From positions 10,707 to 74,706 of the forward strand of contig PHAI01000002.1 in NCBI GenBank assembly GCA_002840305.1: a stretch of 64,000 nt of DNA, in the 5' to 3' direction. Below the pieces are notes generated by a model. It was given only the letters and a program-made list of their open reading frames with translations, did no database searches and was not told where the DNA came from. Source of the stretch: Candidatus Falkowbacteria bacterium HGW-Falkowbacteria-1. GTDB taxonomy: Bacteria; Patescibacteriota; Patescibacteriia; Patescibacteriales; UBA12465. This document shows positions 58,146-64,000 of this stretch, in pieces (within the stretch, counting starts at the first letter, position 1; each line of letters begins with the position of its first letter). Made by a program: the position numbers and the translations under genes.

Positions 58146-58172
58146 AAAAGCCTTATATTTTAGGCTTTTTTT
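58146..58172 (+). terminator. Intrinsic terminator
   Basis: AAAAGCCT...AGGCTTTT plus T-run. Confidence 0.65.
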
Positions 58173-58212
58173 TATTATTTTTTTATAGTTTTATTTGTGC
58201 TATTATTTGAAT

Positions 58213-58674
58213 ATGAAAAAAATAACTATTTTAAGCGTCGGGAGTGTTAGGGAGAAGTATTATCAAAACGCAATAGCTGAATATAGTAAAAGATTGAGTA
58301 AGGATATAAAACTTGAATTTACTGAGTTGCCAGCTAAAAGCTTCTCCGAGAAAGATAGCTTAATTGCCAAAAAGCAAGACAGTCAAAGAGTTTTGGAGTT
58401 TTTAAATAAAAACAAAAGTTCTAAAGTTTTTTTGTTATCAGAAAATGGGGAAGAATTAGATTCAGTCCAATTTTCTAAAAAAATATTTTCTTTTAACGAA
58501 GAAATAATTTTTGTAATTGCCGGGGCCTTAGGCTTTGATTTTGAAGTTTTAAAAAACTATAAGAAAATTTCTTTATCTAAGATGACATTTCTTCACGAAA
58601 TGGCCAAAGTTATTTTGGTAGAGCAAATTTATAGAGCAGTAAATATTGAGAAGGGGAAGAGGTATCATTATTAA
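58213..58674 (+). CDS. rlmH: 23S rRNA pseudouridine-1915 N3-methyltransferase (ATG 58213)
   Basis: EYSKRL, SLSKMTFLHE, EQIYRA, YH terminus. Confidence 0.93.
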   Translation: MKKITILSVGSVREKYYQNAIAEYSKRLSKDIKLEFTELPAKSFSEKDSLIAKKQDSQRVLEFLNKNKSSKVFLLSENGEELDSVQFSKKIFSFNEEIIFVIAGALGFDFEVLKNYKKISLSKMTFLHEMAKVILVEQIYRAVNIEKGKRYHY

Positions 58675-58713
58675 TTTTTTATTTCTGTTGCACCCAAGTG
58701 ATAATCTTATCTT

Positions 58714-58796
58714 TGTCATTCCCGGCGAGCCACGTTATTTATCTGATATGCGAAGCATAGCTGATAAGGTCTACGTGGTGAGGGAAGGGAATCCAG
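58714..58796. repeat. dRS3/REP-like element with nested hairpin
   Basis: TGTCATTCCC...GGGAATCCAG enclosing CCACGT/ACGTGG, TTATC/GATAA and TATGC-GAA-GCATA. Confidence 0.7.
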
Positions 58797-58915
58797 GGTT
58801 AACACCTAAGAATTTTATTATCTAATAAATTAATATAAATATAACTAAGATAAATTAATTTAATATTTTAATATGCCCCTTTTTTTTGAAAAAAAAGTGG
58901 GCCCAAAAAAACTTA

Positions 58916-59030
58916 GCGAACAGCAAAAATTTTGGATTACTCGCTATGAAAGCTAGTAAAATTTTAAAAGCATAAAATTTTACACGCTTTCTACGTTCGC
59001 AATCTATTCAAAATTGTTTGCGATGTTCGC
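58916..59030. repeat. About 115-bp imperfect inverted repeat
   Basis: GCGAACA/TGTTCGC, GCAAA/TTTGC, AATTTTG/CAAAATT, GAAAGC/GCTTTC, GTAAAATTTTA/TAAAATTTTAC. Confidence 0.75.
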
Positions 59031-59276
59031 ATTAAAAAGCGCTTTTTATGTAATTGTCTCATCTAAAATTTTTTCAATACTGGCAATATTTTTTAAAATA
59101 GATTGACAAATATTATTTAAAATTTAAGAGCCTTCTTTCTATGCTTACTGATTCTGGCGATATAGTGTTTATAACCGAAGCTTTATTTGTATATGAGCGC
59201 ATAGTTGCCGATGGAATGCTTGTGACTCCTAATTTAACCCCTGATTTTTAGTAATTTTTTTGAATAACTTTTTTAT

Positions 59277-59319
59277 AAACCCGCCAGTAGAAAATCTACT
59301 TTGGCGGGTTTTCTTTTTT
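59277..59319 (+). terminator. Strong terminator upstream of uvrB
   Basis: AAACCCGCCAGTAGA-aaa-TCTACT-t-TGGCGGGTTT plus T-run. Confidence 0.8.
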
Positions 59320-59383
59320 ATTTGAATTTAAGCTTTGATGATGTTATAATTATACAAGATTAATACAAAATTTATATAAAATT

Positions 59384-61225
59384 GTGTCTGAAAAGATATT
59401 TAAATTAAAATCAGATTTTGAGCCAGCCGGTGATCAACCGCAAGCCATAAAGAAGCTTTTACAAGGAATAAGAGATGGTTTTGATTATCAAACCTTGCTT
59501 GGTGTTACTGGTTCTGGAAAAACCTTTACCATTGCTAATATTATTCAAGAATTGGATAGACCGGTTTTGGTAATGGCGCCCAATAAATCATTAGCCGCAC
59601 AATTATACAGAGAATACAAAAACTTTTTTCCAGAAAATGCGGTTCATTATTTTGTTTCTTATTATGATTATTATCAACCAGAGGCTTATATGCCTGGATC
59701 TGATACCTATATAGAGAAAGAAGCTATGATTAACGAAGAAATCGACAGGCTTCGTCATGGGGCAACGTCGGCCTTGCTTTCTCGTCGAGATGTAATTATT
59801 GTTGCTTCTGTTTCTTGTATTTATAATCTAGGTATTCCGCTTAGCTATATGAATGCCTCACTTCATCTGGAAAAAGATAAACCGATGACTCGCGCTGATT
59901 TAATCTCTCAATTAATTAAAATGCAGTTTGAAAGATTCTTGGGTGACGTAAAAAGAGGCCAATTTAGAGTTAGAGGTGATGTTTTTGAGATTCGTCCGAT
60001 GTCAGAGAATATAATTTATAGACTAGAGTTAAATGAACAAAAAATCTCTGATTTAACAATTATTGATAATACCACTAAAAATATTTTGGAACATTTGCCA
60101 GAAATAGTTATTTTTCCGCCTAAACATTTTATTTCCACCAAGCCGCAAATAGAGCAGGCCATAAAAACTATCAAGGAGGAATTAAAAGATCGTTTAAAAT
60201 ATTTTAAAAAAAATAAATTATATTTAGAAGCAGAAAGGCTAGAAAGAAGAGTGCGATATGATATGGAAATGCTCAAGAGCTTAGGTTATTGTCATGGAAT
60301 AGAAAATTATTCTCGTCACCTAACTGGTAAACTCGCAGGTGAAGCACCGGATTCGTTATTGGAATATTTTCCTAAAGACAAGAATGGTAAGCCAGATTTT
60401 CTTTTAGTGGCCGATGAAAGTCATATTGGAATCCCGCAGATCGGTGGCATGTATGCAGGTGATCGTAGTCGTAAGGAAACTTTAATTAAATATGGTTGGC
60501 GTTTGCCCTCAGCTTTGGATAATCGTCCTTTAAGGTTTTCCGAATTTGAAAGTAAAATAAATCAAACAATATTTACGAGTGCTACTCCGGCTAAGTTTGA
60601 AGCTGAAAAATCAAAACAAGTAGTAGAACAAGTTATTCGTCCAACTGGTTTAGTTGATCCAGAAATAGAGATTCGCCCGGTTTTTAATAAGGAAACAAAT
60701 TACAGTCAAATAAATGATATAATTAAAGAGGCTGAGAAAATTATTAAGAAGGGTGAGCGTTTAATAATTAATACTCTTACTAAAAAACAGGCTGAAGACT
60801 TAGATGCGCATTTGAGACAGAATAAAATCAAGTCAAACTATATGCACTCTGACACTAAAACTTTGGCTCGTAACGAGATATTAAAAGATTTTCGTACTGG
60901 CAAATTTGATATTTTAATTGGTGTTAATTTACTTCGTGAGGGATTAGATTTGCCAGAGGTTTCTTTGGTGGCCATATTAGATGCCGACAGGGAAGGTTTT
61001 TTGCGTAGTCAAACCTCGCTTATTCAAACCATGGGTCGTGCAGCCAGAAATGTTTCTGGCAAAATTATTCTTTATGCTGATAATATGACTGGTTCAATAA
61101 AAAAAGCAGTTAAAGAAGTAGAGAGAAGACGTAAGAAACAATTAGCTTATAATAAAAAGCACAAGATTAATCCAAAAACCATTATAAAAAAGATTGAAGA
61201 CTTCTTGGATCTGGCCGAAAAATAA
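59384..61225 (+). CDS. uvrB: Excinuclease ABC subunit B
   Basis: PAGDQP, GVTGSGKT, FVSYYDYYQPEAY, DESH, LREGLDLPEV. Confidence 0.97.
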   Translation: MSEKIFKLKSDFEPAGDQPQAIKKLLQGIRDGFDYQTLLGVTGSGKTFTIANIIQELDRPVLVMAPNKSLAAQLYREYKNFFPENAVHYFVSYYDYYQPEAYMPGSDTYIEKEAMINEEIDRLRHGATSALLSRRDVIIVASVSCIYNLGIPLSYMNASLHLEKDKPMTRADLISQLIKMQFERFLGDVKRGQFRVRGDVFEIRPMSENIIYRLELNEQKISDLTIIDNTTKNILEHLPEIVIFPPKHFISTKPQIEQAIKTIKEELKDRLKYFKKNKLYLEAERLERRVRYDMEMLKSLGYCHGIENYSRHLTGKLAGEAPDSLLEYFPKDKNGKPDFLLVADESHIGIPQIGGMYAGDRSRKETLIKYGWRLPSALDNRPLRFSEFESKINQTIFTSATPAKFEAEKSKQVVEQVIRPTGLVDPEIEIRPVFNKETNYSQINDIIKEAEKIIKKGERLIINTLTKKQAEDLDAHLRQNKIKSNYMHSDTKTLARNEILKDFRTGKFDILIGVNLLREGLDLPEVSLVAILDADREGFLRSQTSLIQTMGRAARNVSGKIILYADNMTGSIKKAVKEVERRRKKQLAYNKKHKINPKTIIKKIEDFLDLAEK

Positions 61226-61277
61226 AGCATAAATATGTTTTCTTGCTCTTTTTATTAAAATATGTTATAATTAGTTT

Positions 61278-62513
61278 ATGATAAAAAAATCTATCAAGAT
61301 TTTCTTGGTTTTGTTATTTTTAGGGCTTTTCGTGAAAGGCTCATCTTTTGTTTTTGGTCAAACAGCCGAACAAATAGATGAAGAAATAAGAATATTAAAT
61401 AATCAAATAGAGGGGCAAAGGAAACAATTGGAAACCGTGCAAAACCGTCAGAAAGAATATGCCGCTTTAATAAAACAAAAAGAACAAGAAAAGGATACTT
61501 TGCAAAATCAATTAGAAATTCTTGATAGTCGTTTTAAACAATCAGAACTAGAAATTGAGGAGGTGAAGCTAGAGATCAGCAAGAATGATTTGGAAATCAG
61601 AAAAACAGCTATTGATATTGATAATAATAGTGAAAAAATAGAAAAAGAAAAAAGACATATTTCTGATTTGTTAAAATTGATTTATAAACAAAATAAAACA
61701 ACTCCAATAGAAATAATCTTGTTGAATGATTCTTTGACTGATTTTATAAATCAGGTTAAGTACTTAGAAAATACTAACGAAGAAATAAGTGATAGCTTGG
61801 AGTTACTAAAAGATGCTAAGGATCAATTAGAAAAACAAGAAGTAATTTTAAAAGAAAAAGAGGACAAGTTGGCTGAATTGAGAAAAGAGCTAGATAAAAA
61901 ACAAATGATTTTGGAGGGCGAATTGGAGGATAAAGCTTTTTTACTTACAGAGACCAATCAGTCAGAGCAAGAGTATAGAAACTTGTTGGATTTAGCTAAA
62001 AAAGAGCAAGAAAAGGCTGCCAATGAAATAGTTTCTTTAGAGAAGAGTGTTAGAGAAAAGCTAGCTCAAAGACCAGAAAAAGATATAAACGAATTTAATG
62101 ATAGTGGCTTTATTTGGCCAGTTGCTAAAAATGTTATAACAACAACTTTTCATGATCCGGATTATCCCTTTAAACGTAGTATAGGAGAACACTCTGGGGT
62201 AGATATTCGAGCATCTCAAGGCAGTACTTTATATGCGGCGGCATCTGGTTATGTGGCTAGGGTCAAATTTGACGGCAGCACGGCCTATGCTTATATTATG
62301 ATAATTCATGGTGACGGGCTTTCTACTGTTTATGGTCATGTCTCAGGGGTGATTGTTAAGGAGGATGAATATGTTGTTCAAGGACAAACAATAGGGAAGA
62401 GCGGAGGGTCTCCGAGAACTGTAGGCTCTGGTGCTTTTTCAACCGGACCTCATCTTCATTTCGAAATCAGGAAAGATGGAATGCCGGTTAATCCTTTAAA
62501 TTATTTACCTTAA
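61278..62513 (+). CDS. Coiled-coil M23 peptidase (EnvC/CwlO-like architecture)
   Basis: Signal peptide, long coiled coil, HSGVD (HxxxD), TGPHLHFE. Confidence 0.9.
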   Translation: MIKKSIKIFLVLLFLGLFVKGSSFVFGQTAEQIDEEIRILNNQIEGQRKQLETVQNRQKEYAALIKQKEQEKDTLQNQLEILDSRFKQSELEIEEVKLEISKNDLEIRKTAIDIDNNSEKIEKEKRHISDLLKLIYKQNKTTPIEIILLNDSLTDFINQVKYLENTNEEISDSLELLKDAKDQLEKQEVILKEKEDKLAELRKELDKKQMILEGELEDKAFLLTETNQSEQEYRNLLDLAKKEQEKAANEIVSLEKSVREKLAQRPEKDINEFNDSGFIWPVAKNVITTTFHDPDYPFKRSIGEHSGVDIRASQGSTLYAAASGYVARVKFDGSTAYAYIMIIHGDGLSTVYGHVSGVIVKEDEYVVQGQTIGKSGGSPRTVGSGAFSTGPHLHFEIRKDGMPVNPLNYLP

Positions 62514-62546
62514 TTTTAGATATATAAAAATATAATTCAAAAAACT

Positions 62547-63632
62547 ATGCTAAAAAAAGCTAAAAAGCGTATATCAGCTTTTACACTCATTGAACTTTTA
62601 GTTGTTATTGCTATCATTGGAATACTAGCCACTTTAGCCGTGGTGGCCCTTCAACAAGCCAGATCTCGCGCTCGTGATAGCAAAAGGGTAGCTGATATAA
62701 AACAAGTTCATACAGCATTAGAATTATTTTTTAATGAAAACAATAGATATCCAACAGATGATGAATGGGCCAGTGGCTCTATAGTATCATCTTCTTCGGG
62801 GGAAGTATTTATGTACAATATTCCTGCCGCTCCTACTCCATCGGATGGAGACTGTCTGGAAGCTTCTAATACTTATCAATACACTCAAATAAGTGGTGGT
62901 GTTTCTTATGAGATTTCCTTTTGTACTGGTAAACAAATCGCCAACTTGCTTGAGGGGTCAAAATGTCTCACCCCCGGAGGTATAACAGACTGCGATGGCC
63001 AATCTGGCGTGCCAGAAGAAACGTCGGGCACTTTTGTTGATTCTAGGGACAGCCAGACATATGCGTGGATTAAAATTGGCAATGACACTTGGATGAATGA
63101 TAATTTAAATTATAATGGAGATTTTATAGTTCAACAAAACCAAGTTCCTTGCGTTGAAGATGTTGTTGGTTGGAACTATTGGTCATGTCAAACAGACAAC
63201 AATAATCAAGAAAGATCATGTTTTAATAATATAGAAGGTAATTGTTCTGATTACGGTGGTTTATATGAATGGTCAGAGACTATGAGTTTTCCTTACCAAT
63301 GTAATGCTGCGTTCTTTTGGGATGGAGAAAGTGATGATTGTGGTCTAGGAGGCAGTGCCTACGTTATAGACGCTAAGCATCAAGGTATTTGCCCTCCAGG
63401 TTGGCACCTGCCAAATAACGAAGAGCTCGATGATTTATCGTTAAATTATAACAATCATTTTTTAGCTGATTTTCCTGGGATGTTTATTTACTTCTGGTCG
63501 GCCGTTCCTACGCAGGGTTACGGCCCTATATTAGCTAAATATTTCTCTCTTGATTCTGGTGATAATTCTTATGTGAATATTAGCGAAACCAACAAATCTC
63601 TTGCCGCAAACGTTAGATGTGTTAAAGATTAA
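62547..63632 (+). CDS. Type IV pilin-like protein fused to a Fibrobacter succinogenes major (FISUMP) domain
   Basis: A|FTLIELLVVIAIIGIL; DSRD.QTY..IKIG..TWM..NLNY, YGGLYEW, GICPPGWHLP, VRCVKD. Confidence 0.88.
   Translation: MLKKAKKRISAFTLIELLVVIAIIGILATLAVVALQQARSRARDSKRVADIKQVHTALELFFNENNRYPTDDEWASGSIVSSSSGEVFMYNIPAAPTPSDGDCLEASNTYQYTQISGGVSYEISFCTGKQIANLLEGSKCLTPGGITDCDGQSGVPEETSGTFVDSRDSQTYAWIKIGNDTWMNDNLNYNGDFIVQQNQVPCVEDVVGWNYWSCQTDNNNQERSCFNNIEGNCSDYGGLYEWSETMSFPYQCNAAFFWDGESDDCGLGGSAYVIDAKHQGICPPGWHLPNNEELDDLSLNYNNHFLADFPGMFIYFWSAVPTQGYGPILAKYFSLDSGDNSYVNISETNKSLAANVRCVKD
62589..62706 (+). repeat. Pilin constant block, copy 2
   Basis: 116/118 nt identical to 31601-31718. Confidence 0.9.
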
Positions 63633-63651
63633 AATTTTTTTAAATACTTAT

Positions 63652-63682
63652 AAAAAAACGAGGGTTATACCCTCGTTTTTTT
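63652..63682. terminator. Bidirectional terminator
   Basis: AAAAAAACGAGGGT-tat-ACCCTCGTTTTTTT. Confidence 0.85.
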
Positions 63683-63699
63683 TGTCTATTTAATTAATG

Positions 63700-64000
63700 T
63701 TACAAATCTCTATTGTTGTGTATTTTTTTATGTATATCCTTTAATTGTTTGCTAGTGACATGAGTGTATATTTGAGTTGTCGCAATATTTTTATGACCAA
63801 GAAATTCTTGGACCAACCTGAGATCAACTCCTTGAGCTAACAAGTCAGTGGCAAAACTATGTCGTAGCGTGTGAGGCGTGGCCATAATTGGCAGTCCAGT
63901 TATTTTTATATATTTCTTTACTATATCTTCAATGCTTTTGGGGCTCAATCTTCTGGGTTCTCCAGTTTTTTCTATACCTGGTTTATAATTTATAAAAAGG
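63700..64000 (-). CDS. Tyrosine recombinase (XerC/XerD-like), 3' part
   Basis: Frame open to the window edge; [26 protein letters not shown]. Confidence 0.92.
   Translation of the reverse strand, partial: LFINYKPGIEKTGEPRRLSPKSIEDIVKKYIKITGLPIMATPHTLRHSFATDLLAQGVDLRLVQEFLGHKNIATTQIYTHVTSKQLKDIHKKIHNNRDL

Noticed and set aside
24..63088. Many antisense or nested ORFs in the track (e.g. 24-371, 8656-9078, 48629-49249, 32661-32951)
   Set aside because: They overlap well-supported genes and have shadow-ORF composition
1..64000. CRISPR array, rRNA, IS/transposase, prophage, reverse transcriptase/DGR
   Set aside because: No regularly spaced repeats or matching proteins seen. The two pilin-block mismatches are T/C synonymous changes in a constant region and no RT is present, so this is not called as a DGR TR/VR pair
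1..64000. Alternative genetic code (UGA = Gly)
   Set aside because: Conserved genes translate full-length in code 11 with no internal TGA

Overview
AT-rich bacterial chromosome segment, most consistent with a Patescibacteria/CPR (Parcubacteria-like) genome. This is inferred from the missing rpmD in an otherwise complete spc cluster, type IV pilin-like fusions, CPR-style surface proteins and genetic code 11. 1-10.7 kb is the S10/spc ribosomal cluster (rplC to secY). 11-21.7 kb is housekeeping (map, ruvX, recO, scpAB, S11 peptidase, dnaG, rpoD, tRNA-Asn). The rest mixes core genes (aspS, greA, rlmH, uvrB, a Xer-like recombinase), a CsoR-regulated copper operon, a phosphorylase-aldolase-MtnA operon, surface proteins and solitary ORFans. 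Main hunt results: (i) unrelated ORFans carry homologous promoter + boxA-like leaders and their own terminators; (ii) two pilin genes 31 kb apart share a 118-bp near-identical block but have unrelated C-terminal domains; (iii) a DHAP-shunt-like operon with a UP/DeoD-type phosphorylase; (iv) an unannotated 38-aa basic protein and a candidate structured RNA; (v) palindromic elements, including two inside the ribosomal operon. No CRISPR array, rRNA or transposase was seen. All calls come from reading motifs by eye; no searches were run.
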